The notes: generated from the letters alone by a model not told the origin. A DNA stretch of 64,000 bases from Utricularia gibba (GCA_002189035.1 NEEC01000004.1:62001-126000); one strand, 5' to 3'; positions 1 through 12,797 are shown, numbered from the stretch's first letter. Translations and numbers: made by a program.

Positions 1-3000
1 TTGTGATGATGAGCAGGATGAGCTTGACAGTTATATGTACCAAACAGTAAGACCCTTTCGTGTTTGTGGATAAATTTTGCCCTGCTTTGCTTATTCCTTA
101 GATAACTGAAAATGCATTCTGTTTCGAAATTGAAGCTATGAAGTAATCTATATTGTGCTCACAAATAGCTTGTGATTGGTTTCCTTTTTTTTTCGCCATT
201 TTCTTTGTCACGAACTTCACTTGGATGCCTATTACAGGTCGGTCATCAAATAGTTGTTAGTTATGCTCGGTGCATGGGCGTTCCATTGTTTCGGAGAAGA
301 ATTCTAGGATCGACGAGGTATTGCAGTTTTTGAACCGTCATGTAAGAGGGGATTAATGCTAATTTTCGATATGAGACTTCGTGCTTGGTCATTTTGGATT
401 GCTTTTACGAGGTTTTCTGCTTCTTTCAGCTAGGTTTTTCATGAACTGATCTTGCTGACTGTTATCTATATAATATTATCTATTTTGGAGTTTCCAAGAA
501 CGTGGTGGCACTAACTTGATGCTCTTTGGATTGATAGGAATCATGGACTTAATTACAACGTGACGCCTGGAGATGAAGTTGAAGATATGTTTATCCTTTT
601 GAGGGAAGTAAAGAATCAAATCCCTTCTGTTTCAGCTGTCTCGTCAGGTGCAATTGCGTCCGATTACCAAAGGCTACGTGTTGAAAGCGTATGCTCTAGG
701 TTAGGCCTTGTATCTTTGGCATATTTGTGGAAGCAAGATCAATCATTACTTCTTCAAGAAATGGTAACTGGATTAATATGTTTGCTGCAATTAAGATTCT
801 TATTTATCTATCTTTTAGAAAAGAGTAATGTTTTTATCCTTTAAAAGTGAATGTCCCTTTTTCATCACAGATAACAAGTGGGGTGGTCGCCATCATAGTT
901 AAGGTATGATTATATCAGCTTCTCCTTCTATTGGTTGTGGTCCCAAAAAGTGTCCAGTTTGCGCACCAGGTTTTTTTTTTTTCAAAAGCTCTCCTCGTTT
1001 TTGGTCCTAGCCAAACAGCGAGCAGAGATTATATATTTACCATATGCTAATAATGTGTCCCTCATGGTTCATCCTCAACTTAAATGCAATTTTATCAACA
1101 CTTTGGATTGTAGTGATTCTTTTTTTTTCAGGGAATTCTCATGCTTCTTTTTCTCTAGGTTGCAGCCATTGGTTTGGACCCTTCAAAGCACTTGGGAAAA
1201 GAAGTGTCCCAATTAAAACCTTATCTTCACAAGCTAAATGAGTTGGTTTACTTGTCTTGGGTATGCCTTTTTTTATTATCTCCACAGCTCTTGATGCAGA
1301 CATCTTTTATGGTAGGTTATACGGCATAAATGTTTGTGGTGAAGGAGGAGAGTATGAGACCTTAACTCTGGACTGTCCTCTGTTCAAGGTAAGCATCCAG
1401 TATCCTACCAATTTTTCTAGCTTTGGGGCTTCAAGTAGAAATGAGACACTATATAAATGGTGTCACTATCTAGCATTCTACCACTTCTTCCTTAATGAGT
1501 AGTGTAGATCTTTCTTGATTTTTACCTTTAACTTGTCTATATATATGGCGTCACATTTTTTCAGAATACTCGAATTGTGATCGATAAATTTGAAGTTGTC
1601 TTACATTCAGCTGACCAAATAGCTCCGGTGGGTGTTCTTCATCCTGTGGAGTATCATCTAGAAATGAAGCTTCAGCATTTTCCTGCCAATGATGATGGCT
1701 CTATAAATCACAATATTTCTGAAGAAGTTAATTCAGTCTGTGAGGTTCTGGGAGACCGCCTTAATATCAGAGATGACTTTTTCCATAAGAATGATCCAAC
1801 TTCTGACTTGGTCCTTGATACTACACAAATTCACATCTCAAAGTCCAATCATGATTATAACTTTTCAGTCACATGTTTTTCACAAAGATCATCGTTGGCC
1901 TCAAAAGGTATGGGCATTCTTTAGCATGGGTAGGAAGCTTGTGAAGTTAAATTTCATCATTGTGCGTTTAATTTAATTGAAGCACAAGAGAGGTTTTCTA
2001 ACTTCGAAGTTTTGCTCAGCAGATTGTTAAATGTTATTGTAGTGATCTTTTCATTGAGTATACTTCAGATGCAATATGTAGTAGAGGTTCATGTGATAAT
2101 TGTTTATCCCCTTATAATTTTCATATTTGACAGATCTAGAAGAGGATCTGGAGGTCATCCTGAAGAGAATTGAAATGTTGCTAGCTGAGTGTAACTGCTC
2201 CTGGGAGAATGTTTTCTATATACATTTATATATTGCTGATATGAATAATTTTTCCAAGGTGAATGATAAGTATGTTAAATTTATCACACATGAGAGGTGT
2301 CGCTTTGGTGTGCCTTCACGTTCTACAGTTGAACTTCCGCTACTGCAAACTGGTTTGGGGAAGGTATACGTTGAAGCTCTGGTGTCAAAGGATAATTCCA
2401 AAAATGTCTTGCATGTTCAGAGCATTTCTGAGTGGGCTCCAAGTTGCATTGGTCCTTACAGCCAGGTTAGGGTTCCGCATTTTTATACCTATCGAATTTT
2501 GTGGAAGTTTGTTTCTGCACTAATTCATATCGCAAATTGTGGCTGAATATTCATCCATACTTTTTCAGGCAACCCTTCACAAAGATGTTTTGTATATGGC
2601 CGGGCAGCTGGGCCTCAATCCGCCTACAATGTTGCTCTGTACTGGAGGTCCTGAACATGAGTTTCAGAAAGCATTAGAGAACTGTGAAGCTGTTGCCCAG
2701 TGTTTCAGATCCTCAATATCAACATCTGCTGTTGCTTTGGTGATCTACTGCTCGGCGTCTTTGAAAACCTCTGACGGAATTGCCATAGATAGTAAGAAGA
2801 ATGCTTTTCTTGACCAAATGAAGCAGAATTTAGATAAGGAGAGAAGTCCGCGCGCAAACTTAGTGAGCACTCCAGTTGTTCTGTATATTCTTGTTCCTGA
2901 TTTGCCGAAAAGGTGACTTTTCCTGAACACTAAATAGCTTATTTTCAGCAGCATTTCATGTTACTTTTCGCATTAATGACTACACAGGTTTTGGCTTTGT

Positions 3001-3794
3001 ATTTTCACAACGAAAATATATTTTGTCACAAAACTATACTATTTGCAGTTCTTCAGTCTTGCAAGTTTATGACAGTAATTGCATCAGTATGCACTTTTGC
3101 TAATTTTTTCTCCGTTATTGTTCTGTAGAGCTACAGTGGAAGTAAAACCTTTGCTTTACTGCGGTAACAATATCGGATCTCCAACTGCTGGTTCTACTGA
3201 AGAAAGGCTACCTCAAAGACAATCTTTGTGGGGATTCCAGCATGAAAGTTGGCACAAAACTTGTCTGCAGAAATGCACTGTCAATGGAGCTGTTTGTGCT
3301 GCGGCAGTATCTGTTACAAGGGAAACACAGCGAATGATTTATTCGAGTATGGATCCTGCTCTTGATCAGCTGCAAGGCAAAGCTTCTCCCAAAACCCAAG
3401 TTGAAAGAACAGCAGAGTTCTGCATATATCTCCTTGATGGCGTCCTTGTTGAGAACCACTTCACTTGGGAAGATGTGATGGTCAGTTTTCCCAACTCTTG
3501 CTCTGCAAACTTCCCTTTTGAGCCCGCAAGGCATTACTCCATGTTCTGCACGCACCTCCCTGAAGCCTTGTTTTTTCGTGCTGTTTGTAGAGCCTGCGGA
3601 TCTATTTCACTGCTGACCAAGAAACAAGCCACGGGAGCTGGTCATCTATATTTACCAACGCCTTCAAAGCATTTGGGGAAATGACCGGCAGTGACGCTCC
3701 CACCTTCAATCTTCTCCCTGTTTTAGGCGCCGGCAGGTCGGCGGCGCGCATGGACGACATACTCACGTGTGAGCTTTTCGCTAGGAGGCTTTAG
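1..3794 (+). CDS. DPH6: Diphthine-ammonia ligase (DPH6) with C-terminal RidA/YjgF-like domains; 5' end lies outside the window
   Basis: Exons <1-46, 238-317, 538-763, 871-903, 1159-1241, 1316-1388, 1565-1907, 2134-2465, 2569-2912, 3129-3480, 3591-3794 join in phase through GT-AG introns. Motifs: DELDSYMYQTVGH, SSGAIASDYQRLRVESVC, YGINVCGEGGEYETLTLDCPLF, LHVQSISEWAPSCIGPYSQA. Stop TAG at 3792-3794. Confidence 0.95.
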
Positions 3795-3799
3795 TCACG

Positions 3800-3900
3800 T
3801 GCACGTGATCCGGAATGGGCCAATGACCCGGCTCTGCAAAAGGGGAAATGGGCTAGAAGAAAAGCTGGCCCAATTGTGTGGGGTTAGGTGTGGGCCCGCT
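3800..3900 (+). promoter_or_regulatory. Site II (TGGGCC/GGCCCA) and G-box cluster in the RABA2 promoter
   Basis: CACGTG 3802-3807, TGGGCC 3816-3821, GGCCCA 3867-3872, TGGGCC 3891-3896, all 180-280 bp upstream of the RABA2 ATG. Confidence 0.55.
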
Positions 3901-4081
3901 AAAAACAATATTAAAATATTCTGTAAAAACAGAGATTTTATTTACCTTGAAATTTTGTTTCTCCATTGAATTCGGCTGGCCGCTCTGATTCGCCATCCCT
4001 GCGCTTTATCTCCTTTTTTGTTCTCAATCGGGACGTAGTTTCCATGACGGTGAAGCCTCCTCTCTATCGGTCGACACCCAA

Positions 4082-4825
4082 ATGGCCTACAAGGTGGATC
4101 ACGAATACGATTACTTGTTCAAGATCGTGTTGATCGGCGATTCCGGAGTCGGAAAATCCAACATTCTGTCCAGATTCACCCGGAATGAGTTCTGTTTGGA
4201 GTCTAAATCCACGATCGGCGTGGAATTCGCCACCAGAACTCTCCAGGTTGAATCCATTTTTGTGTTTCTCCCAGAAATTGGGAGTCCTGTTGCAGGTAAA
4301 CAATAATGCAATTCAACCGTATGTTCATCTCAGATCGAAGGGAAGACGGTGAAGGCCCAAATCTGGGACACGGCAGGGCAAGAGCGATACCGCGCCATCA
4401 CGAGTGCGTACTACCGGGGAGCCGTGGGAGCATTGATCGTGTACGACATAACGAAACGGCAGACATTCGAGAATGTTACCCGGTGGCTACGTGAGCTTCG
4501 GGATCACTCCGATAAAAACATCGTGATCATGCTCACGGGGAACAAGTCGGATCTCGCGCATCTCTGCGCGGTGCAGGGCGAGGACGGGCGCCTCCTGGCG
4601 GAGAAGGAGGGCCTCTCCTTCTTCGAGACCTCCGCCTTGGAGGCCCTCAACGTGGACAAGGCCTTCCAGGTCCTCCTTTTGGATATCTACCAGATCGTGA
4701 GCAGAAAGGCCTTGGCCGCACAAGAGGCCACCGCCGGGCACTTCCCTGGCAAGGGCACCGCCATCAGTGTTAGTGTCACCGATTCTTCCAACACCAATAC
4801 AAAATCCCACTGTTGTTCTAATTAA
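4082..4825 (+). CDS. RABA2: Rab11-family small GTPase, RabA2 subgroup
   Basis: Exons 4082-4246 and 4334-4825. Motifs [32 protein letters not shown]; C-terminal CCSN prenylation motif. Confidence 0.97.
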
Positions 4826-6314
4826 TTGCGATCAAGAGTAAATAAATAAATACTCCTCCCATTTTATGGAAATCCAGATACTTTCCCTGCCCTTCCCATA
4901 CAACCATCAAATTTGGAAATGATTGATTTGGGATGTAAGGACTATGCATCTGCTCAATCTATTATATGTGTAAAAAAAAAATTAAACAGTTATTAATATA
5001 ATTTCTTTACCAATGTTGAATGTCTAAGTGAGTAAGAATGTAAAATCAAGATTTAGATGGTATCTTATATTTATTATAGATGGGAAAATGATGTAATTAA
5101 ATAGAATGATTTTATTAATTTTGTATGAATTTTTTTCTTTAAAAAAGTACATAATTATAGAAATGGAATATGCAAAACGAAAAATATATCATATTTGTAA
5201 ATGACTTGTGAATTATATCTCTTTGTATATTTCCTTATGTAATTGACAGTGGAGAGTGGCACTTGTTGATTTCCACTGGACTTATTTAGCATCATTTTCT
5301 AATGAATAACTTCAATTCAGTCAAGTTTGCCTCCAAAATACAATTCACTTTTGGCTTCCAATGAATAAACCAAATGAACACAATTTTCAAAACTTATTTT
5401 TACTTTTAAAAAAATAAATATTCCCTATTTCTTATTTCTTATTTTTGAAATTTCTATTTTTACTTTTAGAAAAATAAAAGTACATTACAAAAATTATCCG
5501 GAACACATAAAAACTATAATTTTGAGATTGGGGTTTATTTGGTAGAATTGTACACATTGAAACAGAGCATTTTATCAATTTCAAATTTCCAAAATTTTTC
5601 CCTCCATTTTAAACACAGACAGCCACACAATTGATTTATTATTATTATTATTTTAAATTCGAAACGTTTCACAATCTCGTGGGTCCCAATTCTTAAAATA
5701 TTGCAAAGTAGTCCTCTCTGTTTTATGAATGTTCAATAAGCGGTTGTATAGTGGATATTTTAAAAATTAACACGGGAAATTTTTAAATGAGAAATTTTGA
5801 AATTTACCCCCCATATGTTAGCGAATTTACAAAAAGCCCACTAAATGAGCCGTGACTGGTGGCAAGAAAAAAAAAGTTTTTAATATTATCTATTTGCAAA
5901 TTGCAATTTAATTCGGAAATTTTTCGAAAATTCAATTCTCTTCCCTTCCTAATATCAAATTAATTATGATGCTTATTAATGGTTGATTTTTATGGAGAAA
6001 AAAATAATATCATGTATTTTATGAATAATTTTGTATATTAAATTAAGAAAATAGAATTTGCGAATGGTGTACGGATGAATTTTACTCTTTTTAGGGTGAT
6101 ATTATTATTTAAAAGTGATTATGGAGTAATAAAACTAATTAAGTAAAAAGGGGACCAAAAATAAAAAGGAATTTGTTCCATCATTCGATTTCTTGAAGCT
6201 TTTTTCAATGCCCGCGCTGCGCTCCATAAATGCGAGCCGTTCTGCGCACAACTTTCAGTTTTCTCGTCCTCGGGGCCCTCTGTGGTTTTCGAATTCCTAC
6301 CGGTTTTCAAAAAC

Positions 6315-7779
6315 ATGGCTTCGACGGCTGGTATGGTTCATGGAGAGGGCTTCTGGTTGCCCTCGGAGTTTTTCTCCGACGCGCCGGAGAGCGTAGAGGC
6401 GGGATCTGGTGTTTGCTTCCCCAAAGATTTTCCTTATGATTTTGGGACTTGGGGTGATGAGGATCTCCAGGTACTTCACCAGTTTACTTGGGGTTTGTCG
6501 GTTGCTTACTCCGGTACTGCTTATGGCTTATTTTGGCGTTTGTATCTGTTGTTCTTGAAGGAGAATTTCTTGGTCATTTCAACTTCCCCGCACTCGAGTT
6601 TAGCTTCTATTGCGAGGAAAAATGGGTGCCCAAAAGCCGTACCTTCGGTACCGTTTTGTGATGGGTACGATGAAAGTGTCGAAGATCTGATTCACCGCGC
6701 CGCCGGTCAGGTCGCAAGGTTGAAGTTCAAGGGGAGCGAATCTATTGCTGCTAAACCGATTAGGCCTTCTTTCACCCCTTGTACATTTAAGACGGCATTC
6801 CCTTCAAGTTCCCCCGTTTCCCCTCTAACGGAGGTAACCACATTTAAAAATTTTCGAATTTCTGTCGCCATTTGTCTTCACCTTCTTGTCTTCGTAAGCG
6901 CAGAATCAGCGATTCGGGATACAATACACAAAACGGCAACCATATAACGAACTGGGGCTCGTGAATTGGACAACCAACAAGAACCCATCGAGTGTCCGAC
7001 AGATTCCCGTGCCCCGACCCACCGCCGGTGCGGCGGCGAGAAAAACGTGTACAGGAACCGGAGTGTTTCTGCCTCGAAGATACGGGAATAATAATTACGA
7101 CGTGAACGCGTTTTCCTCATCGGTTACTGGCCAGAAGACAGGTAATTTACAGCTCATGCCCATTCTTTTCAACATCACTTGCCGTTTTCTCACGAATCAA
7201 CCTTGTGTCTGTTTTGCTGCCTGGCTTTACCTTTTTCTTTTTTTCTTGCTTTTAGCTTAGGATTGTGAGCTGTTCCCATAGCTTGAAAGATACTACCTTT
7301 TTAGGGTACTGGGTAGTGGTATCGTATGGATTAGTCTTTGCTTGTAAACGGGTGCCTTTGTTTGAATCTGCGAGCCTTCCTTCTTTGGACAAGAAGGAAT
7401 CTGCACTGCTTTTTAAGTTACAGGGACCGTTTGGCGGTCTACTTTGGGTCCATTTCCTCTTCTTCTTTGACTTACGAGTCTTACCTTCGTACCCTCTGTG
7501 GGGTCTTCATTCTCTGCAAATTCAAAATCCATTCTTGAAACGTTCACTGCTTCAGGTCTAAGTTCCGTGATCCAGGGAAGAGACCACAGGAGCAATCTGA
7601 CCAGCATGATCATGATCAATGGCGGTGCAGCACACTATCCCAGGCCTAAACATGGGACTCTTTTGAACACGGGTTTGATCCCGGATCGTGGATCCAACGG
7701 CCTTGCCGCGGATCCCATCTTGGCCCTCCGAACAGCCATACTGATGCAGCGACAACAGCAGAGGCTTAGAGCCATGTAA
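6315..7779 (+). CDS. Uncharacterised plant-specific protein (GFWLPxEF and GTGVFLPRR motifs)
   Basis: Exons 6315-6470, 6561-6833, 6904-7141, 7556-7779 join in phase through GT-AG introns. Motifs GFWLPSEFF, VCFPKDFPYDFG, STSPHSSL and GTGVFLPRR match a plant family of unknown function as I recall it. The last-exon choice is less certain. Confidence 0.75.
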
Positions 7780-8109
7780 TAATCATTGCAAATGATGTCC
7801 AACTTGGGCAGGTTTGTGTCCTGATGAGGAAGAAATAAGGAATAAGTGCTGCAAGAGATTGCTGGATAGCGAGGGATGATTCCAGTTAGCTGCGTAGCTC
7901 TTCTTTTGTTTGGAATAAATGGGATTGATTGCTGGTTGGCGTTTTAGTCATTACATCAGGAATTTGAAGAGCTTCTTAGGAATTAGATTTGTGATCAAGT
8001 TTGTATTTTGTTCACTAATATGATCATTAATGAAGCATTTTATGATGATCAGCATTCCATCTTACCATAATGACCTTATTCAGTCAAACTGAGAGTCGAG
8101 ATTTGGTTG

Positions 8110-9678
8110 TCAGGGGGATCTGATGTCGTTTACAAGACGCGCGAGACTGAGATGCGACGATCCCGACTCGCCGAAGCTCGACCTCGCTGCATCCGCCATC
8201 GCCGCCGCCGTGTTGTGAAACTCATCTTTCCTCCTCTCCATAACGTCTCTCAAAGCTTCCTCAATGATCCTCCGATCACACGTGTCCTTCATGTCCAGCC
8301 CCAGCTTCCACTGCTCCACCATCCGACTGTTTACCTGCTGATCAACTATATACGGCCAGCATATCATCGGCACTCCCTCGTAAATGCTCTCCAGCGTAGA
8401 ATTCCAGCCGCTGTGCGTCAAGAATGCGCCCACGGCAGGATGCGCCAGCACCTCTTGTTGTGGTGCCCATCCAACTATGTAGCCCCGGTCGGAGGGTAAC
8501 TCCTCTGCTTTTTTCCTGATGGGGTCTTCCTCGGCTGCGAAATCAGGCCTCATCACCCACAAAAACTTGTGGCCACTGTTGATCAGACCATGCCAGAATT
8601 CATCGAGTTGGTCGTTTGTGAGCACAGCTAAACTCCCGAAGCTGACATAGATCACTGATTTGGGAGCCTGCTCGTCGAGCCATTTTAAGCAACTTCTATC
8701 TTCTACCCAGAGACTACTGGAAGATGCTGGAGACCGTGACGTTGAGTTCTCTGCGAGCTTGGATTTCAGATGCGCGTGTAGCGGTCCAATGGGATAGATG
8801 TTCGGACAAATGGTGCGAATTTGATCCAGGATGGGGGAATCCAGCTCCGTGAATGTGTTCAGAATGAGGCCATTGGCTCGTGGAAGTTCTTCTCGTTCTG
8901 TTTTGTACAACTGAATATACGGATTTGATACGTCTGCTGATCTGCAAAAGCTCGGGAGATCGCGTCGCCGGAGAAAGCTTTCCATACCGGGAACGCTCTT
9001 TATAGCAACGTCCAAGTCATCACCTATGAAATCAAGATAGAGTCACGGTTCTTTGCAAAACAGAGCAGGAAAAAGCTTACAGCGCCAGCCTAATTTCATG
9101 AAACGCGACGATTGCAGCAAAAAAAAAGCTAAACCACAGGGCACCCGATTCTGAAAAAATAAAAAAATTAGCAGTCTCAATGTAAAAATTCAACCTTCAA
9201 AGGGAATCTCTCCAGCTTCAATGAGCTTCTGTAAGCAGCAGGATACCCAAAGATAAACAGGGCTCACGGATCTCAAATAAAAAAATGGAATCCCTAATTC
9301 CAAAGCCACATCCCCTGTGAAACCCATAGACCCATCGGATACAATGCAGGAAACAGGGGAATTCTCAGATCTGAGCATCTCCTTGAACAGAGGCTTGGTG
9401 TTGATCTTCAGAGAATCGAAAAGCTCCAGGAATTTTTCCCCGCGAGGGTGATCCTCCGGCAACCCATCCGCGATTAGACGGATCTGAAAACCTTTGTAGG
9501 AACTGAATCGGGCCTGGATGTCGGAGTGGTGAGAGATGCGGCGGTGGATGTGATTGGTTAGGAGTAGTGTCACCTGCAAATCAGCTAAACAGAGAAGCTC
9601 CGCAAGTTTAAGCATGGAGTTCACGGGGCCTTGAAGAGGCAGCGGGAAGACAACGACGTGCGTAGTTGTTTCCGCCAT
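8110..9678 (-). CDS. Family-1 UDP-glycosyltransferase, UGT709-like (7-deoxyloganetic acid glucosyltransferase-like)
   Basis: Exons 9678-9195 and 9023-8110. PSPG box WAPQQEVLAHPAVGAFLTHSGWNSTLESIYEGVPMICWPYIVDQ; N-terminus FPLPLQGPVNSMLKLAELL typical of the UGT709 group. Confidence 0.93.
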
Positions 9679-10155
9679 TGCAGAAGGGGGAAGCTCAAGC
9701 GTCCGGCAAGCTCACTCCAGATGATATCCAGTACGTAGAAAGCGATACGACTTTTCTGAAAGGAAATATTCGAAAATTCCTTTTTAATAAAGTTGAATTA
9801 ATTTCCTTTCCTTTTCAATGTCGAATCAGCAGAGAGAGAGTTCCCTAATGATAAGCTCACCGGAGCCACCACCGGAGTTGTAGGATCCGATAGGAAATTC
9901 GGCCGGATCCGCATCCCCGTTGCTTTCAGGATGCGATCGCGGGGCAGGGTCACCGGCTGGGGTGCGGCAGTAGACACCACCGACCGGAGACACCTTTCTC
10001 TAGCAGTGGAAGTGTGGAAGTTGAAGGTTCGGGGAGTGAGACTGATTTGAGGTGTCAGAAATTTCAGTGAGGATGTTACTGAGGAGCGTTTGCTCCATGT
10101 TCCTACATGCGGTGCAGCCAGCACGGGAGAGGAAGAGGGGGCAGCCTACCGCTAT

Positions 10156-10648
10156 GTGAACAAGTATCCTCGTATCTCCAATTTTTGGGGTTAATTCGTT
10201 GAGTAGCGCTCTACAAAAAATAACTTTGGTGAATGATACTAAAATGAAAAAAATAATTGAATTTAATTTTAAAAGAATAATAACAAAAAATTAAATATAC
10301 ATTATACTACAATATATATATATATATATATTATATAAATTTAAAAATATAACATAATTATTTATTTATTTAAAAATATATAAATGTAAATACAATTATG
10401 TATTATATAACACAATTGATTATTTATATAATATTCATTATACTTATATATTTTCCTAAATTATAGATTAATTATCTTTATATTATTTATACATGTTTAT
10501 ATTTTTTTAATTAATAGATTAATTATAATTATATTATTTACATATATTTATATTTCACTAAATAATGAATTAATTACATATATATTATTTTCATATATTT
10601 ATATTCATTATGTTTATATTTATTATGTTTATTTTCATATAATTAATC

Positions 10649-10679
<31 letters not shown>
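10156..10679. repeat. AT-rich element, copy 1 of a diverged direct repeat; contains two (TA)n tracts
   Basis: Alignable by eye to 11622-12180. Example: gtgaacaagtatcctcgtatctccaat vs gtgaataagtattctcatatcttcaat. Both copies also share aattgattatttata...ttttcctaaat...attaattatctttatattat. (TA)n at 10312-10331 and 10652-10679. Confidence 0.7.
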
Positions 10680-11621
10680 TGACCTCTTTGATATATTAAG
10701 GATTTTGATAACGTGTAATTGAGAAAAAAGATAATTAGTCATTTTCGTAACCTCTAATTCATCGTGATCGGAGCCAAAAAGGACGGTAGAGAACCCAAAT
10801 CATTGATATGGGGCATTGCCTACTTACACTAAAGGCTTTGAAGTTGGCACGCAATCTTGTCCGAATTTTGAGCATTTCTCCTTGCCTAAGTTGATGAATC
10901 ACACAAACCAAGTTCTGTTGGGTGCGCACAACCAAGGCATGCGTCATGCTCCTCGGTTTGAGAAGCATAACTCTCATACCACTTCGATCCGCTTGACGCA
11001 CAACACATCTTTCGTGTTGAATTACTACAAACCATGAACGTGATGTGGCAACTCCAGCAGCTTACTTGATGAAAACCATTTGTTCTTTATTAGGTAGCCG
11101 TATTTTGTGGCACACATCTGCTATGCTGACGATTGGCCCATCCAGCTCAACCGGATGAACAAATCGTCTCTACTCTAGGTTTGTTGCCGGCTATGCTGCT
11201 GACGAATCGATCGGCACTCGACTTCGTTTTAGGGTCGCTTTCAATCAAATTGATCCTAAACTAAGTACACATATTCTCACTTTTTCTCCAAGATGTTACT
11301 TCTAAATTAGGTACTCATGCTAGAAATAAGTGAAATGCCGCGAGAGCACACGCTGCCCGCCACGATGGATGTATATATATAAATATAAATATAAATATAA
11401 ATATAAAATATATATTTCTTTATATATATGATTACATGATATACATACGCATCAAAGTATTCTCAATCATTAAGTCTTATCTTTTGGTGATGAGTTCTAT
11501 GTTACAGAAAAGTAGAACTGTTATTGTGAGATATAGAGAGTCTAATGAATTCATATACAATTGCACCTATAAGTATCTTAGAAATATAAGTTGTAATATT
11601 ACTATGGCTATCCCACTTTTG

Positions 11622-11832
11622 GTGAATAAGTATTCTCATATCTTCAATTTGTGATGTTAATTGGATGAGTAACCCTCTATAGAAAATAAATTTGGTGAAT
11701 GGTAATATTTGAAAAGTATTGGATATTTAGTTTTACTTTATGTATTTATTAAATAAATAAGCCTATTTTTATCATAAATAAAAAATAATTAAATTTCATT
11801 TACGAAAAATAATAACTTAAAATTAAATATAC

Positions 11833-11872
<40 letters not shown>

Positions 11873-12180
11873 TTTTATATAACTAATATATATTAAATAA
11901 ATATATATATATATTTAATTATATAATTTAAAATATAATATAATTAATTATTTAAAATTACATAGCATTAAATACAACTAGTAACATAATTGATTATTTA
12001 TAAAATATTTATTATAATTATATATTTTCCTAAATAATAAATTAATTATCTTTATATTATATATACATATTTTATATTTATTTAAATAATAGATTTATTA
12101 CACTTATATTATTTATATATTTATATTTTACTAAATAATAAATTAATTACACATATTATTTCTATATATATATATTTCTA
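11622..12180. repeat. AT-rich element, copy 2 of the diverged direct repeat; (TA)n tract at 11836-11868
   Basis: Colinear similarity to 10156-10679 in the same orientation. Confidence 0.7.
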
Positions 12181-12797
12181 ATCTGCTATCCATGGTGATC
12201 ATAGGACCGCGAAACATAACCTAATTGTGGGAACCCATACTCAAGAAACCTATACAAAGAATAAACGGATCGCGGGAGCGAAATAGAGATCCCCGAATAG
12301 AAGTAAGAGCAGCAAACAAGATGAAGTTGGTGGCAGTTCAAAACCCCCAGCACCTTGCCGTCAGAATTCATTTTATGTAAAACAAATCAATCATCTTTTT
12401 TCAAACAAATTAAAAAAACAGAAAAGAAAAAGATATCATTTAGATAATTATCACATAATATAACTAATTAATGCAAATATCATCACCCTGAACAGTTTAT
12501 CAAATCATCAAATCTCTTGATTATTTCACCTTTTGAGGCTTGCTTCAAAAAAGTGGCTAACGGATGGTGGATTAGAGCTACTGGTGGCCGGAGATGGATT
12601 CCAGAATAGAAGACAATTGGGCACAAATGGAATCAGCATAACACAGGGCAGTCACTTTGATAACCACAGCATGCATACAGATGGACAGCAGAACAGGAAG
12701 CATGGAGTTACAGGAATTCAAGCCTCAGTCTGGTACGAGGAAGAAGAAAACAGTAGGTGAAGGAGGGTGGCAGCTGATATGGGCTGGGAGCCAGATT

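Noticed and set aside
12533-12760. 75-aa ORF downstream of SKIP
   Set aside because: Non-ATG start, antisense to the SKIP 3' UTR, no motif.
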